A stretch of DNA of 64,000 nucleotides, taken from contig NC_087246.1 of NCBI RefSeq assembly GCF_037042905.1, positions 68,572,001 through 68,636,000 on the forward strand, given 5' to 3'. The notes beneath the pieces were generated by a model. That model was not told the DNA's origin. It worked only from the letters and a program-made list of their open reading frames with translations, and did not search any database. Both the position numbers and the translations under genes were made by a program. This DNA comes from Lytechinus pictus. Taxonomy: Eukaryota. Each line of letters begins with the position of its first letter. Position 1 is the first letter of the stretch. Below are positions 1 through 12,692 of the stretch, piece by piece.

Positions 1-461
1 TAACGTTTCTGAATGCTTTTCGGGGACTCGGAGGGAAAAAAAGCTTCTCTTAAAATCTCTACGGCGTGGGTACATGCTTGCGCGCACAACCAGCGGCAAA
101 AATTGAGCAGTTGCTTCGTCACACACTGAATGCTGTGTACACGCGTTAACAGGTGTGAGCCAGTGGATATTATCTTTGCACGCCACCGTTCAAACAGAGT
201 GCAGCAGACACAATATTTCGCGCCGAAAAGGAGGATTCGTCTCGATACTGGACTCAAGGCTTTACTGTCTGTAGAACTTTTTTCTCTTGCCCGGATCCTG
301 TTTGTGGTTTGTCTGCATCTGATATCTAACCGGCTTTTTCTCTTTCCTCTCTCTGTGTGCCTATTTCAATTTGAACCTCCCAGTGCGTCCTGTGTCTCCA
401 CAAGTGGATTTTAGGGAATTTGACGGAATCAAGTTCACTTTTTAAGTACAACAATAACAAA
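1..461 (+). promoter_or_regulatory. Probable proximal promoter and 5' UTR of the calbindin-like gene
   Basis: More CpG-rich than the introns. No ATG between 133 and 461. Inr-like GCAGTT near 108. The TSS cannot be determined from sequence. Confidence 0.55.
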
Positions 462-555
462 ATGGCATCCGGAGATTATACTTCTTTGTTGTCCGAAGGT
501 TCGTTAACAACAGCTGAAGATTTCGACAGGGTTTGGAATCACTATGATGAGGATG
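462..555 (+). CDS. Calbindin/calretinin-family (calbindin-32/Cbp53E-like) EF-hand calcium-binding protein, coding exon 1
   Basis: ATG in acaaaATGG context. Encodes MASGDYTSLLSEGSLTTAEDFDRVWNHYDED plus the first base of Gly, then donor G|GTAAGA at 556 (phase 1). TAEDFDRVWNHYDEDG matches the calbindin-family N-terminal helix pattern (TAxxFxxxWxHxDxDG). Confidence 0.92.
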
Positions 556-3090
556 GTAAGATTAATCTTTATCTTCAGCGCTACTATGCATCTAAATTTT
601 TCACAATGGTCCTCTGAAAAATATTATCTTGTTGCTAAAATGGCAACCAATTTGATCAATTCAAAAGCCGTCTTCGCTATGTATAATTACATTTTTCCAA
701 TGGATGTGACTGCAATATCAACCATAATAAATCAGTTAATGAAGCGATTCATGAAAATAGACTACATTCATTCTAAAAACGGGTATCATTGGAAATTTTA
801 TATCGAAGGTTAAAAATTATCAATCGTAATTCAACTTATGTGTAAATTTTACGTGAATTAACGGTGATTAGACCATAACATCTAATCTACATCGTGAAAA
901 GTACAATTTTTATCTAACCACGATAAATATTTTTATCACAAGCTGGAATGATTATTCCAAAAAAAGGTTTTAGTCTCTTATCACCATCAGCTTAATTAGA
1001 TATTTTGAACATTTCCCCCTCTGTTGATCATTCTTTTTAAATCGTTCACACTACGTAAACTGGTGCATGGTATATGTAAAATGTTTTAGATAGCTCCTCA
1101 ATGCTATAATCAAGTCGTTTGTCAATGATAACATTTTGTAGAATCAAGCCTCGACCGACTCTCAACTGTGACGCGATCGTTGTTGCAGCGCCGTATTAGC
1201 ATATTGCCACGCCCATATATTTGGCATGCCACAATCTTTGTGTGCACTATCATCACGCTCTAACAGTACACTTATCCGTATCCGACCACAGATTGTTAAG
1301 TCAATACAATCATTTTATTATCATATATTGTAACGGAATCATTTTCCGTTATTCAGTCAGACTCCACCTTGCCTTCTTTCTTTCTCCAAACCCACCACAC
1401 CCATCTTAACCATTTCCCACAAAGCTATGTTATCAGCTTCTCTTTTACTCTCTATCTACAATTTGATCTTGGTTTTTTTCCCCAGCTTGTGCCCTATTGT
1501 TTCAAGCTAATCCGAGTTTCTGTTCACAGCTTTGGCCCATGGTTCGTGTGCCCAAAGGTTTTTCTACAATGTATGTCTTGATATTGTATCGCGCTTTGAT
1601 GCGATCATTCCTCTTTGGTTTCATCTCTTTTTCTCGTGCTACTTCTATCAATCTCTCATTCGCGTCACGCCCTCTCAGCTTAAAAAGAATGCATCTCCGC
1701 GGAATGGTGAAAATGGTGCGATCCTACTACACACAGATGTCCCTTCTCGCACACAACATATAAACATACACCCAGCATACGCATCGCACACATAATTATA
1801 CACGCCCACACCGTACTCTTAGGGAAAAAAACCAACAAGTAAACGCAACGCACACGCGACATCGTGTAGTACACAAGATCTTATCTGCTTAAGTGCGAGC
1901 ATTCTTCTCACCCACACCCACATTTGCCCTTTACCTCATCAAATCCAGTCCTTGTGCTTAAAACCAAATAATGCGCCCATTTTTCCCTCATTTACTCTCA
2001 CTTTATATCCGTGTAACCTTGAAGGTCTTAACGAATATAAAAACGGCGAAAATGAGTCTGACTCTTTATCAGCTTGTGTGCGCTACTTTCAAGCTAATTG
2101 CGAGTGGAGGAAATTCATTGTAGATTATATATGCTGACATCCTCTCCGGATCTCGTTTTGATCATCAAATTACATTAAATGAATACATTCGTTTTCCCCT
2201 CGATATTTCTATTAGACCTGTCTCAAGGTTAATTCATTTTAGAGATTACTCGATTTACACCCGACTTTGTTCCTCGATCAAGGGTACATATTCGAGAAAT
2301 ACCTGCACTGCTGATCCTATGGAGATTTTGAGCGTCTATCCAACATAATTATATGAATAATTTGATCTCGTTGTATTTCTTTCCCCATAGACATGATAAA
2401 TGTATTGAATCGATATCCTCAATATTGAGTGAATTACTGTGTTTTGTGCTATATATGTTGTGGAAAACGAATTTATCCAATTTGAAATCACAATATAAAA
2501 AACAACTTAAATATGCATCTCATATAAAATAATTCATGATGTTTTATAACAAGAATTGATTGTTAATGCTTTGCTCTCTGTCACCTTTGTTTAATATTAT
2601 GACATAGCAATGACGTAATGAGCCAATAAAATTGAGAGGCCAGATGTGGATTATCGGGCAAAATTCAGTAAAAGTTTTGACATATTTTATTACAAAAATC
2701 CCATTTTGTCATAATATTCAGAAAATAATTTATTTCACCCTTCTATATTTCCTTTCTCTTTCCTTTTCTCTCTAAGACGTGATTTTTCCCCCAAGCCCCC
2801 CATCTGTACGCCACTGTGATATAGTGAATAAATTTCATTTGGGATTTTTTAATAACGATACAGAACAATAATGCGGTATATTCAGCTACCTCCCGTCTTC
2901 TTGCATCTTTATCATTATTTTGTTAATTATTTGGGTTATTTCTTAACTAGGAGTCTACGTTTGAACTGCGATAACAAGTTCCAATCTACATTAGATCTTA
3001 AACTACTTTCAACACAGTCTGTTTGCCCCCAGTACATGGTCTTCATTACGTGGAGACAATGTTTAATGAACTTATCAATGAAATAGACAC

Positions 3091-3117
<27 letters not shown>
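3091..3117. repeat. (CA)n microsatellite
   Basis: Uninterrupted CA run. Confidence 0.95.
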
Positions 3118-3122
<5 letters not shown>

Positions 3123-3525
3123 ATCCCTGAGTGACGTTCTTGTCACAGTTTCATCGATGTTTGCTTTACAGATGGCTTTCATCGAAGGTCATGATGGAAA
3201 TGGCATTTGAGGGGGTGGGTGGATATAACGTCCCTGGATGATGAGGCCGTTTGACTTTTCACAACTGTCATTATATTTGATAGACTGTTGCATCAATAGA
3301 CAGGTTGTAGATTGTAAATAAGATAGATTTCAGATTTCCGTGCCTGAATAAGGGATAGAACCTGCCATATTCTATAGAATAGTTGAGAAAAATGCACTCA
3401 TTTGAGGGTGAATTTGTGTAATTTTAGAAAGAACTGGTGAGTGAAATCATAAGATTTGTCAGAGTTTTGGTATAAATTAAATCATACCTCATCCAAAAAA
3501 CTAACATTTTCATATTAGGTTTATA

Positions 3526-4255
3526 CAGTGGTGGATCTACCGGGGGGGGGTTAAACCCACCCCTCCCCCATTGGGTTGCTAAAAAAAATATTGTGCATGA
3601 TTACCAAAGGTGCTCAGAGTGTCCAGCTTTCAGGTCGGAAAATCAAATTCGTCGCTCGCGCTAGCATCGATACCAATTCTGTTCATGATTGCAAAACAGT
3701 TTTCATGTCTGAAAATCAAACAATTTCGTGCTCGCGTCAAATATTTAGATATATATCCATCCTGTTAATGGTTACATTGCTTTAAACGTTGGTTAATGAT
3801 CAAATCTAAGTATAATCAAATCAGCTCACGCTTTGCTCTTGCATAAATTGCTTGATTAAATACCCATCCTATTCATGATTGCAAAAAGTGGTTAACCTTG
3901 CCAGTTTTCATTCAGAATCTCAAAAAAATTCAGCTCGCGCTTCGCGCTAGCATTATTTGATTGGTGAGATATATATAATGTCTATGAGATACTGCAAATA
4001 GTCATTAATAGAACCCTTTTTCAGGTCTGTATATTAATTATTTCAGCTCACCTTCGCGCTTGCATACATTTTTAGTGAGAAACGCGTACTAGTCATAATA
4101 TAACAAACAGTGCTTAGAATGTCCAGGTTTCAGGTCGGAAATTCAAAAATTTTAACTAGCGCTTCGCGCTCGCATTATTTGGTTGGTACTCTATTCAAGA
4201 TTCACTGCAAATGGGTACTTTTGCAGGTCAGTATATCAAAGATTTCAGCTAATAT
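3526..4255. mobile_element. Non-autonomous interspersed repeat with degenerate ~100-bp internal units (hAT-like CAGTGG terminus)
   Basis: Starts CAGTGGTGGATCTA plus G-run. About 6-7 degenerate units carry tcaggtcggaa...aaaattt..gctcgcgcttcgcgctcgcatt (near 3630, 3710, 3820, 3925, 4040, 4130, 4225). Confidence 0.6.
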
Positions 4256-5994
4256 AAATATACGATTAATTAATGTGTTTATGTTAACACAATTATTCCA
4301 TCATGAAAATTTTCACAAAAGTATGTAGCTTGATTGCCATATCATTTGTAATAAAATTGATAATTTATACATAGAATTTTTCTGGTAACTTATTACATTA
4401 TTAACCGAACACAACGGCTCTTGATATAACTGTGTATTACTTGGTACTCGATCCGAAAAGACGTTTTCATGAACTGCTTTTCATGGTCTCCATTGCTTTA
4501 TTAGATGTCAGGAAAGTAAAATCCAAAGTCGCGGGTATTTATCCTTCTTGTCAACCCATCCCCCTTGGAAAAAAAAAGTTAGATTATCCCCTGGTTTAAA
4601 AGAGTTACTTTAATACAAGGATTCAAAGAAAATGGACAGAAATCTTATTAGAATTCTGTTGTGGTGCAGGCAACTATGGTGTCCAAAATTCTACTCAAAT
4701 CGTGTTCTCTTGCAACTACGCTGTCTTCACTTTATCTTATTATTGCCTGACAGTATGATACTAAAAAGAAGACAATGTTGTCAATACCGATTTTGCCCCG
4801 GCATGGCTGGCTTCCATCACTGTCGTGTGTGTTTAAGAGTGAAATTACTACCCCATATTGTATCTCGTGATACATAACTTAAGAATGCCAAGTGGCACAC
4901 ACCATCATGCACGCCATTCTCGACGAACCGCTTCATTTGCCTCATATCACGTGATACTTCATGAGACAAGCCACATTATATCATGTGACAGCAATGGTCA
5001 ACAAAAGAACACATGTTTCACTCACGTCTGCTGTATTCCATTTCGTAAAATTCCTTTTGTTATGCCAATATTTGCCACAGAATATGCCCTGGAAAATGCG
5101 CAGCTAATATTGCAAGATAACACTCAGCCACTACTAGTTACAAGTTATATTTTCCCCATATTGACATCAACTAAAGTCTTTGTTTAAAGTAATTTTGATC
5201 AGAGCTTTAATTACTGCCAATGAACTTATTGTAAATGAACCCTTCGTAGATCGGTTCAAAGAAAGGGCTACCCTGCTTAAATAAAACTAAAAGTAAAAAT
5301 ATGTATCCTAAAAACCAAAACAGCTGCTCAATGATGATAGGCCCTACTCACTGATCGATTTTAATTGCTTTTATTTCAATAATATCAAGCTGAATGTTCG
5401 ATATAGACTGAGTTTGAAGATAAAGAGAATAGGGGTAATAAAATTTTTTTAAGGAACTGGTCAATTTATCAAAACATTGGGAATTTAAAATAGCTACGTT
5501 AGTAAAATGGACCATAACACCAATCATCATGTTTATCAGAATTTTGATTGATATTCAGCCATTATCATGGTTATTAAATCTCAAGATCAAAACGAACCTT
5601 TTCAACCATACCAAATAAACATTTAAATACAAGTGCGATAGAGATGACAAAATGTATTTCAATTATGCAGTTTAACTCACAGTAATCCTGAATATCATGG
5701 ACAAAAATAAATTCGTTAGCTCAGAACGTTTTATTTCAATTTTTTACAGCTGGAAGTTCGGCCTTGTAATGGTAATATCTGCTGTGGATTTGATGTAAAA
5801 TGGAATGTTCTAATGGAAATGAAGTGTAGTCTAACAAGGAAATTAATAATCAGCTCCCACTGAGATAAAGAATATTAGAATAACATTCTAAAAGCATCGC
5901 TGATATATAACACTCTACCATATTAACGTCAAACCACTTTGTATATCGAAGTGTTTCCAGCCTGATAAATAAGATCATATTGCATTAACTGAAC

Positions 5995-6015
5995 CGTGGA
6001 CCTACTAGGTCCTTG
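5995..6015. mobile_element. Miniature palindromic TIR relic A with 7-bp TSD
   Basis: actgaac|cgtggacctactaggtccttg|cctgaac. Confidence 0.6.
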
Positions 6016-7101
6016 CCTGAACAAACATATGCTTTAATTCATCTTCATCTAAAATTGCTATATTAAAGAACATTGAGTATTTTTTTAATGATTTTGTCAC
6101 GTAGAAATAAAAATACGTGTTATAGTAGATGAAATCTTCTGGTGTATTGTAAAGAAAGAAAGACCCCCCCCCCCTATATTAATGTAATGTTATAAAAAAA
6201 TCAAATTCAAATTCAATTCGGTTTTATTCAACAATGCTCATCAAAAAGTCCGAAGACTAACAAAAAACTATTTTTTAGTCTTAGATATTCAAACTCTCCC
6301 AATGTCTGCGAACTCCGAATAACGATTGACTAAGGATAGATAGTGTTGAAATTGATTCAGGTCATTTTAATTTTTGACGTGATTTTATGGATAAACTTGA
6401 TAGCGTAATATCAATTATTTCCAGCCAATAAAAATAGTCAAACGTCTGAGCGGTCAATAATTTATCCTAACATGTCAACTGAATCATTAAACGATGTTAT
6501 GATAAATTTAAACAGATATAATAATACTATTTCTATTACGAAATTTTAATCCATGATTGTGAAGATATTGGCATGAATAGTTCGATGCTGTAAACGGTTG
6601 AACACAATTCAGCGACAGAGAAATATCGAGTGGGGAAGAAAAAAGATACGAGAAGAAATTGCGAATTCCTAATCTAGTAGACGGTAGACCCAATTTGCAA
6701 ATAGTGAACACGTTTAATTTGTCAAAACAAAAGTTTAAACCAGTAAACACTTTGAGGACGCTATGAAGTGTTTCATATAATGTTTTTGTTTGTACCGTGT
6801 TTTAATGAGTGTAACAGGACATGTGGACTTTGGATTATGGTTTACATTTTGGCGTATCGTAAATAACGCGAAGCCTGCGGTTAATAATCATTACGCTTTT
6901 TGAAGCAGCCATGTTTTGGCAATTTTCTTATGAACTTCCAAGGAATCTGCTTATCGTGAGACACGAAAAAGTTTCTCAATATTTTTGTCAAAAACGATAC
7001 AGTACACACCCTCTCTCGCTCTCTTTCTCTCCACTCTCCATCTCTTTATCGCCCCCCCCCCTCTCTCTCTCTCTCATTTTATTCCTCACGATGGGTGTTG
7101 A

Positions 7102-7452
7102 TCAGTGTTCATAGGGGGGGTAACTTACACAATTTTCGCTCTCTGTTAGGGATTTTTTTTTAGTTCAAGGAAGGGGGGGTCAGCAGAATAATGAGTGTAT
7201 AATTTTGAGAGAAATATACATGGGGTAAAGGGCAAAATTTACATACAAAAGCTGCTTGCGAGCGAAGCAAGAGAGCAAAATTTTTGATATTTTAATACAA
7301 AATCTCATTTTGTGATAAATGTTGACGTGTTATCTAAAATTGTATTATATTTCACCCTGTTTCTTTTCCCTTTTTTTCTACTTGCTCTTCTTTTTTTTTG
7401 TCTTGAAAATTTGTTTGGGTCCATGGCCCCCAGCCCACATCTGTACGCCAGC
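7102..7452. mobile_element. Degenerate hAT-like non-autonomous element; related end at ~2620-2815
   Basis: Begins CAGTGTTCATA plus G-run and ends catctgtacgccagcg. The same terminus (catctgtacgccactg) occurs at ~2801-2816. Confidence 0.45.
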
Positions 7453-7758
7453 GGGGGGGGGGGGGGTAGTCCTGAAGACTGAACTTTTAAGTATTATATG
7501 TTAGCTTTATTTCTATAAGAAGAAGAGGTACTACGTACATGTACTCCATTAACAATGCAAGCGCGACTTTGTTTGAAGAAAAAAAATGATCAGAAAATGG
7601 GATATTTTGAGAATTTTTGTCGGTTTTCAGGATATTTCTCTTTATACACTCTTTCAAATTTCAATTCTCATGTCTTTTGTATTTCCTCCACTAATTTTAC
7701 ATTATAAACCGGGATAAAGAATACTAATAAGATTGAAGTGACATTCAAGTATATGTAC

Positions 7759-7934
7759 CAGGGGCCGCGGAACCGGGGGGGGCTGGGGGGGCTTCAGCCC
7801 CCCCCCCCCCCCACTTTTTTCCAAAACCGTGTACAAAAACGTAAAAATGACCATATGATTGTGATTTTTAGCATGGTCAGCCCCCCCACTTTTGGCTCAG
7901 CCCCCCCACTTTGAAAACCGTTCCGCGGCCCCTG
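7759..7934. mobile_element. hAT-like MITE with CAGGGG termini; truncated second copy at ~9735-9840
   Basis: TIRs caggggccgcggaac / gttccgcggcccctg. Internal aaaaccgtgtacaaaaacgtaaaaatgaccatatgat recurs in diverged form at 9795-9835. Confidence 0.8.
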
Positions 7935-8399
7935 TGTACAACCATCAATATTACACTCGTGATCATAAGGGTGTTTGGGTGCGGGGAACAGTAAATTTTA
8001 AAAGGATAACGTCGTGTATAAACGTGTTTTATTTCATCAAAGATTTTTGTCTTTCTCCATCTGTCTGTTTCTAACAATATCTGAAAGGAATGCATTCATT
8101 CAATAACAATAAACATAAAGAAAATTCATTTTAAATATGATGGTTATCATGTGTATATACATGATGTACGACTATCTATATTACAATCATGATCATCATG
8201 TACTCCCTCCTTACCGTGATGGTCATAATGATTCATCATTAATATTATGTTGTTAGACCGTAAATTATTTGGGGAGTGATAACACAGGCTATCCTTCCAC
8301 CTGAAATATTGGGGGATATACCCTGTCCCCTCCATAATTAACACCCATGTTCCTTACATGTATATCTATTAATTTTACACTGTTGAAGTACTAAATCAA

Positions 8400-8648
8400 A
8401 GAGAGGGAATTACATCTTCATTTATTTCACTGTACGAACACGTCATGAACGCACTGTGAACACGCTGTAAAATCATGTTCACAATGTCGAAAAGCTAAAC
8501 TATAACAGAGGGAATCACAATATTCATAGTCCACTACGTGAACACACTATGAACACACTGTAAAATCATGTTCACATTGTCGAAATGGTAAATAACTGAG
8601 GGAATCACGATATTCATAGTCCACTATGTGAACACACTATGAACACTG
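8400..8648. repeat. ~90-bp tandem repeat, about 2.7 copies
   Basis: gagggaatcac..tattcatagtccacta.gtgaacacactatgaacac at 8508 and 8598; degenerate first unit at 8403. Confidence 0.85.
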
Positions 8649-11600
8649 AGACACTGTTATTTCTAGCAGGAAGAAACTAACATGTTCTTCAATGTATTTT
8701 CTACATGTCTGCGAGACCTGAATCATCTCTTTATCCAAGTAATAAATTTTGAAATGCCACTTTGTACGATATTCAAATAGTGTAATATGCTCATTTATCA
8801 AATTGGTGTATTTATCAGATTACATTTGAAAGTTATTGAATGCGATCGCTACGTATTTCTGCCAGATTTAACAGTAAATTCCGTATCTTAGAAATCGAAT
8901 TGGGACGATTTCATAGTCATATTAAAGGTATACTAACGTTAAGTCTAAAGTGTGACGGTTCATTAGTCTTTGATTACAGCCACTGGATATCTCATTCTAA
9001 TATGAGAGGCTCAAAACTATTCAATAATCTAAAGCAAATAATTATTTATCTGTTTGCATTGTATATTACTTTTTAATATGGCCTACAACAAATGCACTTT
9101 CCCCTTGATTTCAGCATTTTATCAGTTTTCTTTTAGATAACTTTTCCTCATATTCATTTTTCATAAGTGCTTTTCATATTTAGCATCCTTGCTGACATTA
9201 AAAAGATTTAATGAAAATTAAAGTACGTAAAATTAAAACATTAAAGTGGAAAAGCCTACCACCTGCCGCTAAATCTTATATTCAGATGCTGTAATGACAG
9301 GATGCGAATAAATATCATTTTAAAAACGCGATTCACTCCATATCGATCAAAACGATATATCCGGACGATAATGGAGATTAACTCTCACTTGTGTACTTGT
9401 ATTTGAAAATAATATCATCGTTCACTAAAGAAAGGAGAACATGGGAGACTGAAGAGATTAAGGTCTCCTGTAACAAATCGCAAAAGCTGGAACTGAATAC
9501 ACAAACGTGGAAAAAATCGAAATGTACAAAAAAAAGACTTATCGGGAAAAGTCCGCTAACTACGTCATTGCATTTTGCCCCTCCGAATACACAATGCACT
9601 ACACGTTATTTCATAAAAAGCACATCATGTTAGTATCATATCCTATACCATATTCTATATCATGATTTGCCTATCTGATCCTAGACAAAATATACTACTT
9701 AAGTATTATTTTCTCTTATTTGGGCATCATTAAGCAGGGCCACGGAAATTGTGGGGGGTCTGGGTTAGCTTCAGCCCCCCCCCCCCCCCGTTTTCAAAAC
9801 CGTATACAGAAACGTAAAAATAACCATCTGATCTTGATTGCTAAATAGGGGACTCACTAGCCAAATACCACCTTCAGTGACTTCATCAAACAATAACAAA
9901 GAAAGTAAACTTTCAGTTTAAAATATTACTTTCCCAGTTAACTTGCAATGATAAAAATAAAATTCAAATTTCTGCAGCAAAGGAATACAAAAAAATTGAT
10001 TGGGAAAAAGTAGGGATAAGTGAATCTTAACATGTCCTCATGTAAGCTTTGGTGTCCCCAAAATCAGTTTCATATGAAAAACTGACGTTTGATTGTAGAA
10101 TCCTTATTACCCTTCACAAGTGAGAGATTTTCTTTTTTCTGATAGCCTTTACATAGTTTTATTTTTAATATTCGGAAATAGTATACAGAAAATTTTGAAA
10201 ATATGGTCATTATTGTATTTTGAAGATGAATTTGGTTTCCCCAAAAAATGTTACATTGTAACATATTAAACATTAGTTCCATTTTCGAATCTCATCATTT
10301 ATAATGTGTTAGAAAATTCCATTGCATTTATATCTTATTTGTGGTTTTTGTACACACATTAATAATAGAAAAATGACCGCTTCATAATACACTCTGAAAC
10401 ATATTGGAAACTAAACATTTTGTGTCTCCAGATACACGTGAAAATTCATTTTTTCCTTATTACATTCTAAAAAACACAAGTATTTAATTGATTAACTGAA
10501 TGGTTAACTTGTTTCCATCATGACCACTCTTTCTGAAATAAACATAAAATAATACCTAACTTGTTCTGGGGTGCTTAAATGTAAACTTTGCATTTTGGTG
10601 TCCCCTGTTACACGAGAAACACAATTTCTGCCCCCTAAACCAGCATAGTGAATGCTTTTCTGATCTGATTTTAGTTCCTTACATTTGCTTTATCCGTATT
10701 TTGAAAATACTTTCGCAACAAAAACATTTATAATAGTAATTTTCAAAAAAAAAATGATTAATTGATTTTAGTGCCAAAATAAACATGTCACAAAGTGGGT
10801 GCCTTATTTATGGAAAAATAATCAAATTTACTTCTAAGCATATATGTAAAATCGCCCGAAATATTACCACAAATTAATTTTAAAATGAACTGATGTAATT
10901 AATCCCCTCTCAGCAAATTAGCACTATTGGTATTGCAACTGAAAGTTTAGAGTTGGTGTTTATCAGTGAGAAATTCATAGTTGATATCGTCCAGAAAAGA
11001 TATAATGTCAACACGACAAAACCCACAACATTAAGACAACCTCAGGCTTTCACTATTGCATTCATGCTCGCTTTGATATCCACATGTTTTTGCTGAAACT
11101 CCTTGTACACCAGAAAAAAGGTCGAAGAGAGAGAAAAAAAGTCTTCACTTGGCGATGGAGATACCGTGAGGCAAATCATATAAACAGCTTCTTGTTTTGT
11201 CTAGATCAGCTATTTTAAACTCAGTTTCTAAATTCGGGACGCTATATTAGGGATCGATTCTAAATTTAGTAGTGGAAGTGACGTTCATTTTTTTCTCCAA
11301 GAGATGCATTTGGTTGATTCTGCAGTTTTATTTTGAGGAAAAGAATTTTGTTTACTTTATACTATACAGTGCGCACCTGTTTACATGGGATAACTTGAAA
11401 AAGGTATTGCCTTTCATTGCAATATGGTGTTTTCACAGGGAAACTATATTCTCGTTTCTTTGAATTTGAATTTAATTGTCAAATTAAACGACTTAAGTGC
11501 AGGATGACTATGAGTTAGGATTCTTATTGTATACAAGTAACCGAGATAAAAATCTAGGTTAAAAATAATCTTCTGTTTATATAAAAAAAAATTTGCGAAA

Positions 11601-11827
11601 AAGATCAAATTAACAACCAAATAAAGTATCATTAAATGACAGGGGCATAACAATGCGTGAATATATCAATAACAATAATGATTCATTTGAAAATTCATAA
11701 AAGTCACACCATTTGCGTCAAAATTGTCACATTGTAATATATTTCTAACAATTCATATAATGCTTGCAATGATTCGTAAAAGTAGAGACATGTTAATGTT
11801 CTGGCAGCCTTATACAAGTGTATTTAA

Positions 11828-12397
11828 AGGGGAATGAAACCTTTGGAACTAGTGGACTTGTGTGGAAACAGAAAAATCAAGGAATAAGAACAAAGAAAAT
11901 TTGAGAAAAATCGGGCAAATAATAAGAAAGTTATGAGCATTTGCCTGATTTTAATATTGCGAGTATATCCTCCCATTGGCAATGCGACAAAGATGTGTGA
12001 TGTCACATGTGAACAACTTTCCCTGTGATGGACTATAAAATACACCCATATTGTCTCTTTCTGCTCTTTCTTATGGTGATACAAACTCTTTATCAATAAT
12101 TTATTCTTTGAAAATCTGTATTACATGCCCTCCTATAGAAATAATACATGATCTACTGATAGAAGTAATAAAAAAGGTGAAATATATACAAAAGTAATGG
12201 AAAATTATTCACATGTGACATCACACATCTTTGTCGCATTGCCAACTAGAGGATCTACATTACAATAATGATCTAAACTTCAAATGCCCACAACTTTCTT
12301 ATTATTTATTCAATTTTTTCTCAAAATTTCAGTGATCTGTTTCTTTGATTTTCTGTTTTTAAACACAAGCTATCTTGTTCCAAAGGTTTGATTTTCC
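11828..12397. mobile_element. Kolobok-like non-autonomous fold-back DNA transposon
   Basis: TTAA|aggggaatgaaacctttggaac ... gttccaaaggtttgattttcc|TTAA. Long inverted arms include aatgcgacaaagatgtgtgatgtcacatgtgaa and its reverse complement. Confidence 0.8.
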
Positions 12398-12512
12398 TTA
12401 AGTTTGTTATTCTTTCTCTTAATCAGATGATTTCGGAATGTATATAGCGTTAAGCTGTTGTGCTCAGATCTAGGTGTATCATTATCGTGTAGTTTTGCAA
12501 GGAGATTGAGTA

Positions 12513-12692
12513 CACTCTAAAGACAAATCAGTCAAAAATGACTAGTTGAAAGGGTCAGCTGGGTGCAACTGTTATTCTAGTCATGTTTGACTATAATCGT
12601 ATTTTAATAGAACATTGTTATTTCTGACAAGAATATGCATGTGACAAGACTGACTACTGGTCTAGTCAATTTGTCTGATTTGTTTTAGAGTG
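12513..12692. mobile_element. CAC...GTG MITE (CMC/EnSpm-like), TSD TA
   Basis: ta|cactctaaagacaaatcagtcaaaaatgactag ... ctagtcaatttgtctgatttgttttagagtg|ta. Confidence 0.8.

Noticed and set aside
8400-8648. Repeat array considered as CRISPR-like
   Set aside because: Eukaryotic context, whole units repeat with no unique spacers, and there are no cas genes.
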